NCBI RefSeq assembly: GCF_036321535.1
Contig: NC_087453.1
Span: 7,316,001 to 7,380,000 of the forward strand
Direction: 5' to 3'
Source of the DNA: Camelus dromedarius
Lineage: Eukaryota
DNA length: 64,000 bases
The notes under the pieces were generated by a model. That model was given only the letters and a program-made list of their open reading frames with translations. It was not told where the DNA came from and ran no database searches. Position 1 is the first letter of the stretch; the number at the start of each line of letters is the position of its first letter. Made by a program: the position numbers and the translations under genes. Shown piece after piece: positions 36,111 to 48,549 of this stretch.

Positions 36111-37064
36111 AGTTAGCTAAGTAATAATAAACTGAATTAAAACCTAGGTCCCCCGATCTCCTGGGTGATAACATCATGGGAGAGGTTGCCCGCTAGCTGT
36201 CCATCAGGCATTGCCCCACCCCCCAGTCTAAAGGGCCTAGGTCTCCTTCAAGGAGACCAAGAACTGCCCGTTCCACTGACAGGGACACCATCCTAGACCA
36301 CTGAGAATGAGAAGTCAGTTTCCGTGACTTTGAGCCTTTGTATCTGGGGGACTCTTGACTTCAGTTAGCAAGAGTGGCCCTAACTAAAATAATTCCCAGG
36401 ATGTTTTAATGCAAATCTGGATTATCAATACAATTGTGAGAGCACTACCTCCTGAATTGGCTGCAAACCTAGATGGGTAAAAAGCATTTAAAAGTAATGA
36501 ACATTTCAAGATTATTTATTTGCAGTTCAAAAAAGAATATGATATTATCATTGAGGGAAAGGTAGTGTGAGGACTCTGTACTGATTTGGAACTTCTTGTG
36601 AGTCTTAAACTATTTCAAAATAAAAAGGTATTCAAAAAGGTAAAATAAATAAATATTTTCCAATTTCCATCAGTAGCTTTGGATCCCACAGCAAGGGAAG
36701 GGCCTCAGTTTCCCATTGTGTAAAATGAGGATTAGGTCAGTCATTTTCAAACCACAGTGTCACTGGGGGGGTTTCAACAACTGAGCAAATATCTCATTTA
36801 AATGTATCTTTAACATATTAAAACCATTTGAAAACACACAAGCCAGAGTATCACATGCTAACTTTTAATACATTGGGGACCCCAGCAAGTTCACATGTAC
36901 TGTCAGATTAGCTCTTTGAGATGCAAAATTTGGAACAAAGTGTCTCCTTTGCCATCGACGCGGTTATATTTGAACCTCTTCTGCGTCAATAATTACACAG
37001 ATTGTAAGTACATTGTTCTGTTTTGTTGCAGATGGTTGTTAAGAGTTTGCTTTTGTTTGCTTAA

Positions 37065-37790
37065 ATTCAGAACTGTATCATAATTAGAGAAATGCAAACT
37101 AAATCTACAACATAGCATTTTTTTACCCGTCATATTGACAAAAATCAGAAACTTGATAACACTGTGTGAGGATGTAGGAAAGTGGTACTCCGACAAGTTA
37201 CTGATGGGAGTTCTAAGTGCTGCAACCCCTCTGAGAAGGCTTCAACACTTTAAATGCACAAACCCATTGACCTAGTAATTCTATTTTAAGAAATTATCCT
37301 ACAGATCTACTGTCTCATGTACAGGCATAGATACAGATATAGATATAGATATTTATTGCAGCTTTGTCTGTAGTTATAAAAAAACGGAAACAAAATGTTC
37401 ATTAACAGGGATTGTTTAAGTAGATTTTAGTGTATATATATATATACACACACAATGGAAAACTGAACTCTTCCTAAAGCAATGAGGCAAACATAGATCC
37501 TCTGATAAGCAATATTTTCCAAAATACATTGGTATGACAAAAAAAAAAAAAAAGAAGCAGGGTGTAGAGTGTTGTTTACATTACGGTATCATTTGGATGG
37601 ATACACATATACCTTTGTGCATATGTAGGAAAGTTCTGAAGAACATCCCAGAAACTGGTGATAGTGTTTACTTCCTGGAAAGGAAACTGGGGGGCTGTGA
37701 GACACTGAAGAGGCACCCACTTTTCACTGTATACCTTTTTATACTTTTTGAGCATTTTCATGTTCAGACATTAAGTATACAAAAGAGAGG
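37065..37790 (+). mobile_element. L1ME ORF2 end plus 3' UTR
   Basis: taattagagaaatgcaaactaaa...cccattgacctagtaattctatttt...ccacttttcactgtatacc. Confidence 0.8.
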
Positions 37791-38364
37791 GAAAAAGTCA
37801 GGCATGTGTATGGCTGCTCCTGTGAGATTATCTAAGTGAATATCCTATTAAAACACAGGTGTGCCGCCCTCAGGTAGGTGCCAGGCAAGACTCACAGCCA
37901 GGGCTCATCAAAATAATTGGTTGTGTAATCACCACTTAATGTCCAACAAGTTCAGTCTTGATTATATCCTATTACAGAGGTTTTAGCACTGATTTTAACT
38001 TTCAAGTGTTTCTTCATCGACTTTCATGTTTATGTAAGGATTGCAGGCAGTTGTTAAACATTGTTAGTGAATCAATTTTAGAATAAAAAAAAAAATTTCC
38101 CCCTGGTCTGCTTCCAAGATTTCAGATCAGGTTTCGGTGATAAAGTCAGGAGGGGCTCACTAGTGTCACCCACGCCGTGTCTCCATGCTCTGTGTCTGGA
38201 CTCCACACCCCAAGATTCTTTTCCAGGGCATCTGGGTGGTGCCCGAGCATGTGTGTTCTCAGCAAGTTCCCTTGGAGACTCTAAGGCACTCTCCAGTTAA
38301 GAATCACCTGCCGTGTCCAGAAAAGCAAGAATAAAATTATAAGCCTCACAAACTTTAATCCGGC

Positions 38365-38660
38365 CGGGTCAGTCAGGTCCCGACCAGTAAAAGAAAGCAA
38401 CTCTGAGGATTTGAGTCAACTTAATGTAAGGAATTGACATACAGGCGATCAAAGAGCTGAAAGGCCACGTGGAAACAGTTAGACAACCCAGAGATTAGTA
38501 GCAGCTGGAAGTCACGGCTTCTGCTCCCTAGGGAGGAGGCTGGGCTCAAAGGGAGGAGGTGGTGTTTTCAGAGACTAGGAGCTGGAGTCACCTGCCAGAA
38601 GCTGAGGCCACAGTGGCCCGTCTGGGATCTGGGGTCACAGTGGAGATACAGCCAACTGGT
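38365..38660 (-). mobile_element. LTR33-like (ERVL) fragment
   Basis: acaacccagagattagtagcagctggaag...caaagggaggaggtggtgtt...gtcacctgccagaagctgaggccac. Confidence 0.7.
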
Positions 38661-39204
38661 GACAGTTATCTTCCAAAATAACCTTGATGCTAACCATTGA
38701 GCCAGCCAGCCCTCTTTAGACAAGGTGCTGTTAGAGACGCTGGTGTGCAACAAGGAGGAAAATAAACAGAAGTTTCTGCCCTGTGGACTTAAATCTTAGT
38801 GAATTGTGCAGGGCTACTATAGGAACCCTGTGTTAAAATGTTTGCTGTGGGAAAAAAATGTCAATCCCTTGAAATTATAAACTGTTTTGTTAAGAGAGAG
38901 ATACCTTTGCTCACAAAACCTGCGACAGTTAAACCAGTGACTATGCTCTCACTATTCACATTTACACATGTGCACACTTGGGTGGCCCCCACATGGATGA
39001 AGATACAGAAACTTTCCAGCCTCCTGCCCCTTCCCAGTCAATTCTTGCCAGAATTTTTAAAGTATTGTGTATTCTCTTAATAATTTAAGAAAGTATCTGG
39101 TCCTGCCAGAAGTCGGTTAGAGAAGGAAAGAATTCTAATAGATTGGCTTTGAAACACCATGCAAATCTCTATTCTTCTACAGTTTCTGTTTCTTGCGCTC
39201 AAAG

Positions 39205-39368
39205 ATTCTTTTTTTAAATTTATTTTACAGTATCATATTCTTTAATTGGAGTATAGCTGACGTACCATATTATATGTTACAGGTATACTATATAGTGATT
39301 CACAATTTTTAAAGGTTATACTCCGTTTACAGTTATTATAAAATACTGGCTATATTCCCCGTGTTGTC
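39205..39368 (-). mobile_element. Truncated younger L1 3' end
   Basis: ggagtatagctgacgtaccatattata...gttatactccgtttacagttattataaaatactggctatattcccc. Confidence 0.75.
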
Positions 39369-41574
39369 CTTTCAGGGAGGCCATGTGCTCAGCTGCGAAT
39401 CGGAAATTCTAATACTAAGAGAGCTTGAGAGAGCTAATGATGGGCACACAAACGAAATCTCTACCAGAAATGTAATACTAATATGGTGAATATCTAGTGA
39501 TTTTGCCATTTTTAAGTATAAAGTAGATAAATGTCTGCAATTTCATATGGTTCATTCTATTATATTTCTATAGGAAAAAAATCTCAGGTAGCCATGTACT
39601 GTGTAATTTTTATAAATAATGATCATAATATATACCCCCAAAAAGAGACTTTAAAAACAGCATGTAAGTTATAATCACATTTTTATGAAATATATAAATA
39701 TAACTTGTGTTTTATATATATATATATATATAAAAAATGTGTGTATATATATATATATACACATAAAAAGGAAAAAAGACTTTAGGTATATTCATCAATG
39801 AAAATGTTATTTCTGGGTAGTGTATTATAAATGGATTTTATTTTTTTCCTTATATTATTCTGTATTTTTTCTGAATTTCTAATCCAAGAACTTGTAAAAC
39901 TCTTAGGAAAAACAAGTACAGAAAGAAAAACAAGGAAAAAAAAAGGATATTTTAAGAGCAGAAGAAAAAACACATTGCAGTGACCTACGTGTGCAGGAAA
40001 GTCTGGCTGGGCATAACAGCAAATGGTTAAAACGGAGCCGATGGAAACATACATGAACTCATTCAACAGCAAAACTGTATTGTGGGCCTGTGTGCCAGAC
40101 CCTGTTCTAGGCTCCAGGGATACAAGGTTAATAAAAGAAGCCAAGTCCGTGCTCTCCTGGAGCTTACAGTCTGGAAGGGAGACAGATAATAACCAAGTAT
40201 AAGGTATAAAATGATAATGGCTGGGATTTGTGGCCCAGATACACTAACGTCGCCCAGGCGCTATTCTAAGCACTTTATATGTACTAACTGGTTTCCTCTG
40301 AAAAACAGCTTAGTGAAGTAGGTGTCACCTATTATGTCCAATTTACAAAATGAGATACAGTTTTTATTCTCCAGTTTACAGAAAGCTGAGAAGCAGCTGA
40401 ATCTCCTGCCCAAGGTCACCCAACTAGTTACAGTGTCGCAGCTGCAGGATTTACCTGGCCGTGGAGCAGCCTGAATCCAAGACCTACAGACTTAACCATC
40501 TATTGTTAAGGCCCTGATGTACATGGTAAGGACTACCCAAGGCACCTGTGGGATACATGCAAGTTACCAGGTCCTGCCCTAAGAAACTCACATGCAGTTG
40601 GCCTGGACTGGAACTTGAGAATCTGTTCTTTAGCAAGCCTTCTTGGTGTTTCTTCCCTCCAAGCAAATAGAAAAAGTACTTTCAATGACGGGAACCTGTG
40701 ACAACAGAAGTCAGGTACCTTTCTGGGCCAGGGGAGCCAAAGTAGCGTTGACTGGGAAGGGGCAGGAGGCTGGAAAGTTTCTGTATCTTCATCCATATAG
40801 GGGTTACCCAGGTGTGCACATGAGTAAACATGAAGCAAGCACTAGAAAGTAAGTGTTGCCCTTGGCTGCAGTGCCATCCTGGATCATGTTGGCTCCAGGC
40901 AGGTTAATGAAGGTGATGTAGCGGAAAGTAGGAGGGTAGCAGGTGCTTTAGATAAGAGACAGGAGAAGTCTCCCTGAGAAGGTGGCATTCCATTTGGCCC
41001 TGGATCATAGAAAGAAGCCAGTCCTGCAAAGACCAGGAGGAAGTAATCCAGGCGGAGGGAGGAGCCGATGCAGAGCTCCTGGAGCTGGGAGAGGAGGGTG
41101 GGTTTGAACAATAGCAAGGAGGCAGGTGTGGCTGACCTGAGGAACGCCGAGGGGGGGTGGGGAACACAATGACAAGACTTGCAGTGGGACTGGTGGGCAA
41201 TGGCCGGTTCCCATTAGCTCATTCCTGTCTTGGGGCTCTTGCTCCTGCCAGTTCTCAGGCCCCCCGCCCCGCCACCTCATTCAAATATTACCTGCTCAGA
41301 CAGGCTTCCTTGACCATTCCCGAAGCCACTATCACATCCTGGTGTTATGTCTTCTGAGATCATATCACTACTAAGAAATTACACTGCTGATCTGATTATT
41401 TAGTGTTGACTGCATCGCTAGCCACTAGCCCAGTTGTGTTAGAGCAGGCACCAAATAGTGTGGATCACCCTTATACCTCCAGGGGCGAGTACAGTGCCTG
41501 GCCCACTGCGAACAGGAGTATAGCTGCAGGACGGGTAAACAAACCCTTAATGAAAGCAGTAGGATAATTCTATT

Positions 41575-42095
41575 AGTTGTACAAGCCCTATCTACCAAGG
41601 GCCTACTATGTGCCAAGCACTTGGCCAGGTCGCTGGGGATGGATGCTTCAGTGAAGTAAAGAGATTTGTTTTTTTTAAAATCCCACTTTCATGGGGAATT
41701 ATTGAATATAAGCGAAAGGGAAAACAGGAAATAAACAAGTAAATTACCATCTATGTCTATAGACAGATACATAGCTAGATGGATGGATGGACAGATAGAG
41801 ACACTCCAGATACACAATGTTGGATTTGTTAAGTTCTAAGAAGGAAGATAAAGCAGACCAGCAGGAAACAGGGAGCCACCGGGTGGGGAGGAGGAAGCTG
41901 CAGTATTAGAATGGGCTAGCCAAGGAAGGCCTCTCTAAGAATGTGAATTTGAAATCTAGACGTGAAGGTGTTAGGGAGGGTGGCAGGTGGACACCAAGGG
42001 AACAGTAAGCACAAAAGCCTTGAAGCTGGAGAGTGTGTGGGGCTGACACCAGAGAGAAGGAAATAGTAGGAGATGGAGCCAGGCAAGTGGTGACA
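41575..42095 (-). mobile_element. LINE2 with embedded GATA/GATG microsatellite
   Basis: gcctactatgtgccaagcact...ggaaggcctctctaagaatgtgaatttgaa...gaacagtaagcacaaaagccttgaag. Confidence 0.75.
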
Positions 42096-42109
42096 TCAGG
42101 GAGGGCAGT

Positions 42110-42268
42110 GTCAGCCAGCATTAGGAGCTTCACCTTGTAATTTAGAAATGCGCACCCTTGGGCCTCACCCCAGACCCACTGAATCAGAAACTCTGGGGTG
42201 GGCCCAGCAGTCCATATTCTAACAAGCTCTCCAGGTGACTGAGATGCACAAAAAGGTTGGCAGACCCG
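42110..42268 (+). mobile_element. MER5A abutting the CpG island
   Basis: ttagaaatgc...gggcctcaccccagacccactgaatcagaaactctggggtgggcccagcag...aacaagctctccaggtga. Confidence 0.85.
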
Positions 42269-43400
42269 GGGCGGGGGTAGGGGGGCGCTACAGCGATTCA
42301 TCCCAGCTGTTACCCATGCACGTGATCACGGTCCTCTTTATTCCACCAGCTGGGCAGGGGACCCGCCCAGCGCTCTGCTGATTTGAGGGGTGCTGACGCT
42401 CAGCCGAGGTTTCTCCCAAGCCCGCCGGGCCCCGCGCACACCCCCAACTGAACCCCGACTCGGTCCTCTTGCAAGCCTCCCGGGCGACCCGGGATTGACG
42501 AGGCTGCCCGGCCGCCGTGGGGACCAAACGCCCAAGGGGCAGGTGCAGAGGCGCCAGAACCCGGAGGCCAGACGCGCCGGCCCAGATAGCAGCGGTGCGG
42601 GCAGGACGCCGGCTGCTGCAGCCCGGGGGGCGCATCTCTCGCCCGCGGTCGCCCAACTCGCTGGGACGCGTGTGCACCAGCCGAACCCCGGGGGATTCCG
42701 CGGGTGCGGGGCCGCGCGGCCTGGGCATCGGGATTGGCCCGCTGCTTCCCCTGGGAGCCGCTGATGCGAAGNNNNNNNNNNNNNNNNNNNNNNNNNNNNN
42801 NNNNNNNNNNNNNNNNNNNNNNNNNNNNNNNNNNNNNNNNNNNNNNNNNNNNNNNNNNNNNNNNNNNNNNNNNNNNNNNNNNNNNNNNNNNNNNNNNNNN
42901 NNNNNNNNNNNNNNNNNNNNNNNNNNNCCCCNNNNNNNNNNNNNNNNNNNNNNNNNNNNNNNNNNNNNNNNNNNNNNNNNNNNNNNNNNNNNNNNNNNNN
43001 NNNNNNNNNNNNNNNNNNNNNNNNNNNNNNNNNNNNNNNNNNNNNNNNNNNNNNNNNNNNNNNNNNNNNNNNNNNNNNNNNNNNNNNNNNNNNNNNNNNN
43101 NNNNNNNNNNNNNNNNNNNNNNNNNNNNNNNNNNNNNNNNNNNNNNNNNNNGTCTCGGGGACCGCGGCGGGCGCGCAGTACAGGAGGCGCCGGAGTGGGC
43201 TTGGGGTGGGGGCGCCCAACCCAGCGCAAGGCGGGGGGCGCTCTGCAGCCTCGAAAGACCAGTTGGAAGGGAACGGTGGGGGAGGGAATGCCGTTCAGAC
43301 AATCGCCACCCCCTCGGGGTTTTCCCCGCCCCCCGGTGGAGTTTGAAGGTGGATTTGGGGTAACCGCGGCAACGCTGATGGGAAAACTTCTGCCTCAGTG
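42265..43400. promoter_or_regulatory. ZFP64: CpG island / ZFP64 promoter
   Basis: Very GC- and CpG-rich on both sides of the gap. GC box 42268-42276, E-box CACGTG 42319-42324, kB-consensus GGGGGATTCC 42690-42699, inverted CCAAT 42733-42737, no TATA seen. Lies 2.5-3.7 kb 5' of ZFP64 exon 2. Confidence 0.85.
42772..43151 (+). other. ZFP64: Two N runs (156 and 220 nt) separated by CCCC (42928-42931); inferred to contain the TSS and ZFP64 exon 1 with the ATG
   Basis: Gap seen directly. Exon 1 is inferred: the recalled N-terminus MNASSEGESFAGSVQ is not found elsewhere, and exon 2 starts in phase 1. Confidence 0.6.
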
Positions 43401-45217
43401 GCCCCAAATCTTTCTGGAGCTCCTAAGATTTCACGAGGTCTTGCCGGCTGGGCTTGCCGGCTTACTGCAAAGCCTTTTGCACATTAAAGGTGGAGATCTG
43501 AATAGGGAACGGGGCCGTGGTCGTTTGCTTAGAGTTCGGGGTTCATTTTTATTTTCTTGTTGAGGACAGCAGCCTTTTTCAAGCCCGTGGTTTCGTCCGG
43601 CACATTGTTTCCCAAAGTCTGGTCCAGGGACTGAGCGCAAACCAGCCACCTGGGAGCTGAAGCGCTTATTTAAAAACAAAAAGCAAAAAAGCAAAAAACC
43701 TCTCTGGGCCCCACCCATTAGGTGAGGGGCTGGGGTTGAGGGAAGGAGGGGGATCTGCCCTCCTTACCCTGGCGATCCCGATGCACGTAAAGTTTGAGAA
43801 CCCCTGGCTCAGGGGTTTGCAGACACCTGGCACATAGTAAGCACATAGCTTGTTAGCTGTTACTGTTAACAATTTTGGAGACGTTGGCTCCCAAACTTGG
43901 CTATGTATTCCTCGCATAACTTGAGAAAAGCACAGATTTCCCCGAACCGCAGCCCCCATGTACCCCTCCTCCATTATGAGTCTGTCTCCGAAGTGGGGCT
44001 CAGATATGTCTGTTTAAACACCCCACCCCCACCCCCCACCCCCGTTGTTCTGATGCCAAGACCGGTTTGGAGAACTTTGCAGAGATAAAGGAATTCTTTT
44101 TGTTGAGGTGAGCACAGACTGCCCTTGTTTTTTTATTTGGTCTCAGTTAATTCTCATTACAGATTTACAGAGGGGATACTTTCAAATTCAAATAGGGCAC
44201 TTCAGTGATAAGCCCACCAGGTGACATGCTGGGGGGTGGCAATCCCCGTGCTGGCCTTTCACAAGGACCAACTCATTTAATCCTCATAACCATCCTAGGA
44301 GGCAGAACCCTCTCCCCGTTTCATCCTGGGCATCAGTATTATTTGACCATTAAAGAGTCCTCAGCGATGCAACACGCTACATCTCTTGGTTTCTTATCTT
44401 CCTGTTAATCCCGTGGGCACAGGAAGGTGGTGTTTCAGAGGAGAAGAAAAGGGTCCATTCCTTCCATCCATTAATTTCAAAGTACTTAAGTGCACAGGGT
44501 GCTCTGCAAGATGGCTTATAAAACATTACCATGCTCAGCCCAGAGCACCTCTTCTTAGCAAGTCAACCAAATGGTATTTCCACACAGAGATGTCTTGGTT
44601 GGAAGGGGGAAATTGGATATAATGCTCATATTCTAGAAATTTTCATAAAATTATGATGCATGGATGCCAACTATATATGCACAAAGGTAGTTCTCATACT
44701 ATTTAGACTTGGGGAAAATTGGAAATAATATGAAGACCTTATAGTTACTGAGAAGTTATGAGGCATGGAAAACATGGAATAATGTGCTGTCATTAAATAA
44801 TTATATTTATAAAGAGATTTTAGTGATGTAGCACAATACTTATGCAGTATTATGTGGGGGAAAGATTAAATTACAACACATTATGATCTCAAACAATTTT
44901 AATGGAAAATAATTTTTAATTGAAAATGAATGGAAAGAAATATTTTGTAATATTCATGGTACACATAAGTGATTTCCCTCCCAGCTTCTTCTCTTCCAAA
45001 TTTTCTGTTATAAACATGACTTTACTTGTAATGAGGCAAACAAGGATTTTAAAATAAAAATTAAGGTAGTCATATTAGAGACTTATTAACTGTATTTCTT
45101 TATTTAACAAACATTTATATAGCACTTTCTAATATAGTGCCAGGACTGTGGTAAGTGCTTTGCAAATGTTAACACAGTATTAACTCTTGGTATTATTACT
45201 ATTAAGAAATAATGTCT

Positions 45218-45852
45218 CTCTCAGTTAGGAATGAATTTTGGCTACAAGTAACAAAAGTCAACTATACTGGCCTCATGAAAATTCTGGACTTACTTGATTC
45301 CAAGGTTGATTCGGGGAATCAGTGAAGTAAGCTTCTGTAGGGATCTTAGCATTTACCTCATGGTTACAACATGGCTGCAAAAGCCCCTGGCATCACAACT
45401 GCTTTCAAGGCCAGAAGAAGAGGGGGACAGTCCCAACCATATCAGCTCCTTTTTTATCACAAAGCCACACTTTTCCCAGAAGCTCCTCTAGCATTGTGCT
45501 AGAGGGGTTCCCAAGTATGTAGGGGACCAAGATTATTTAGACAAGTGGTTCTCATGATGGTGGAGGGGGTTGGGAAAGTGGGGGCATTGGCTTTCATAAT
45601 GACTGGGAAGTACAACTACCATTTAATTAGAACAGGAGATGCCTGCTGATCCTTTGAAGTGCAGTGCAGAACGCTGCACGTTGAAAAACTCTCTTGCATC
45701 AAAATGCCACTAGTGCCCCTGTGGGCAATAATCAGGAGCACCACTTGGGTCTGGGTACATTGCTGCTGGGTCAGAACTGGGATCCTGTTTGCAAGGAAGA
45801 AGAGGGGAGTCGAATGGATATTGGGCCAGTAACTAGTCATGCCTGCCACCAT
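45218..45852 (-). mobile_element. MLT1 LTR fragments in intron 1
   Basis: tcagttaggaatgaattttggctacaagtaacaaaa...catggttacaacatggctgc; ggatattgggccagtaactagtcatgcctgccac. Confidence 0.7.
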
Positions 45853-45938
45853 GTCCTTTTTCCTACCATGAATCTGGTTTGTGTAGTAATTTCAGGCTAT
45901 TTGGAATTCATCCGTGACTTTCCCTTTGTCCCATGGAG

Positions 45939-46178
45939 TTCCAGGTGGCACAACAGTGCTGGTTGAGCTGACTCCCGACATCCACATCTGTGGCATCTGC
46001 AAGCAGCAGTTTAACAACCTGGACACCTTTGTCGCTCACAAGCAAAGTGGCTGCCAGCTGACCAGCACGGCCGGGGCAGTGCCTAGCACCGTCCAGTTTG
46101 TATCAGAGGAAACGGTGCCTGCCACCCAGACGCAGACCACCACACGAACCATCACCTCGGAGACCCAGACGATCACAG
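45939..46178 (+). CDS. ZFP64: Zinc finger protein 64, exon 2 (240 nt, phase 1-1), N-terminal C2HC-type finger
   Basis: Translates (I)PGGTTVLVELTPDIHICGICKQQFNNLDTFVAHKQSGCQLTSTAGAVPSTVQFVSEETVPATQTQTTTRTITSETQTIT, recognised as ZFP64. Acceptor ag at 45937-45938, donor GTATGG at 46179. Confidence 0.97.
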
Positions 46179-46399
46179 GTATGGCTGGGGGGTGAGAGGA
46201 AGTCACTTAGAGTTAACCTGTGTCCCAAACGCCTCTGCAGAGCTTCTTAAAAATACAGATACCCAGGGCCCACCACTGAGGGTTGCTGAAATTCATTATT
46301 TTTAACAAGCTCCGCTGGGAAGCCAGCTGCCCAGCCAGGTTTGGGAGCTGCTGGGTTAAAGCATTAAGTGGTAGCAGTTATAAATTGTTGTCATGTGAT

Positions 46400-47800
46400 A
46401 AACAAAAACAGACAAAAATCAAGTTTCTAAAACAAAAACCTATATACTAAGAAAAAAATACTTGCAAGAAATGATAAAAAGGGAAAAGTATTTTGGGTGA
46501 TGGGAATATGTATGTGATTCCTGAATTTGCGTTATTTGTGTAAAGGGACAAAACAGTGATTTTTAAAAAATTGTTAAATCTATAAACACACATTGATGCC
46601 TCCCCTCCCCTGTGCTACCAACAGGAAAACAGAAAAGTACATCCTAGTTCTCGGTTGTGTCCAAAATAAGGTTCAGATGGATCCAAAATTTAAATCTACA
46701 CAATGAAACTGTAAAAGTTCTAGAGTAAAAATTATACACATACAGAAACACACATGTACACACACTCCCCTCCTACTTACACCTATATGATCTGCCTTAA
46801 GGGACCAGGCAGATAACTTTAAAAACAGAAAGTAACCCATTTATGAGATAGTAAAGACACTGCTGGATCCCGTGGGGAAATGGAGAATGTATTCCCTAGC
46901 TGATTTTTAATTTAAAAAATACGTTTATTAAAACTGTGCCCATCAAGGAAGACAAGTTGTGGGATCCTTCCCCCAAAAGAAAAAGAATTATGTTATGTGG
47001 CTGCAAATAAAGTTACTATTTTTCCAAAGTTAAAACAGTGTATAAAAAAATCTAAAGACAAATAACTAGGGGGAAAAAATTGCAGCACATACATGACTTG
47101 TCCCTCATATATAAAGAACTCCTAAAAACCAATAAAAGAACCAAGTGGAAAAGTCAGCCAAGGGCAGCAGATGATATTCAAGAGCTGCTAACCATAAAAG
47201 GATATGTCATTGCCTTGGTAATTAAAGAAATGCAAATCAAAAGAAGGCTTAGGGCCAAGGTACCACTTTCCTTTCCTTTCTGGAGATGTAAATTCATGTA
47301 ACCTGGGCAATTTTGTGGTATCTTTCAAACTTTAAATCTTACATTTAAAATCTTTTCAAATTTTAAAATGTACAGAAACACATATACCCAGCAAGTCCAC
47401 TTCTAGGTATTTATCCTATAAAACCTGATGAACAAGTGTGCAAGTTCATTTGCTTACAGTATATACTATAAAGACAATGGAACCTTTGTATGTATATGTC
47501 AGGAGGAAATTAGATGAATAAATACCAGAGATGAATAATGAATGGTAATCTAACAATTTATTAAATGAATACATTCAGACAAAGGAATATGACTTAGCTT
47601 TGAAAAGGGGCACTAGATCTGTGTACAGACATAGATTCTCAAGGTGAGTGTGAAAAAACACACATACGTGTACACACATGGTATTATATTCACAGAAAGC
47701 TTCTAGAACGGGAATGAAGCAGGCAATGTTAATGAGAGAAGTAAGCTGTGCACAAGGTATCAGGGAATGGTGGGGACTGTGGTAAAGTGGAGAAAGCTAC
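46400..47800 (+). mobile_element. L1ME fragments in intron 2
   Basis: tatataaagaactcctaaaaaccaataaaag...ggtaattaaagaaatgcaaatcaaa...ccagcaagtccacttctaggtatttatcct. Confidence 0.7.
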
Positions 47801-48549
47801 TTTTCAGATCCAGTTGGTTAGAAATTTGGGTTTGTCTGAGAAACTGAAAAATGTAAAATTCCCCAAGTTTTAAAACTTTGTTGACCAAGCAAAACACATC
47901 TGTGAGCCTGACTGAGCCCACCAGCAACTTCTAGCCTGTTCTCAGTGTTTACCAAGTAGTTAATCTGGGGCTGCGGAGCAGAGGACATCTGAAGTGGGGG
48001 TACCAGCTTTCACCTTGTCAGTCGTATATTGATGTGGTATGCGAATTTTTTGGCAAAATAAGCAAGGTTTTGCGGTTTCTTTAATGCATCCAACATGTTT
48101 CTGCTGAATTTTTTAAGCATTGAAATATAATTGATCACCTCAGAAACTGCAGTAAGATTACGTTGACATCTTCCCACTTTCTCTTGCGATTATCTTAATT
48201 CTCATCTTAGAGAAAGTCACCAAGAAAATGTTAAAACTGAATACTGCCTTAGAGTTGGTCCTGGTATAACCTTCTCATTTGACAGCTGGACAAAGTAAAG
48301 CTGCAGGTGGGCATGAGACATGGCCAGGGTCCCACCACAGGTTCAAGACAGTCCTGGGACTTCAGCACTTTGGCCCTTACCCTAGTGGTCTTCTGCCTGA
48401 AGACTTCGTGTTCGGTTCCCTGTCCTCGGAAACAAACTCCCAGTAACGCCACACACCGGGTGTGAAGCCTGTGACACGAGGGCCCTGTGAGGAGGGTTCA
48501 AGGGCCACACTTTGTCTATGGCCTTTGCATCTTTCTGGGTTCTGAGCCT

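Noticed and set aside
44214-44227. CTCF-like CCACCAGGTGACAT in intron 1
   Set aside because: Mismatch at a highly informative G and adjacent to a MIR; too weak to call.
45483-45507. CTCTAGCA-TTG-TGCTAGAG hairpin
   Set aside because: Short stem inside an LTR; too small for a pre-miRNA.
45914-46195. ORF-track start MTFPLSHG and end MAGG around exon 2
   Set aside because: Intronic read-through on both sides; the true exon is 45939-46178.
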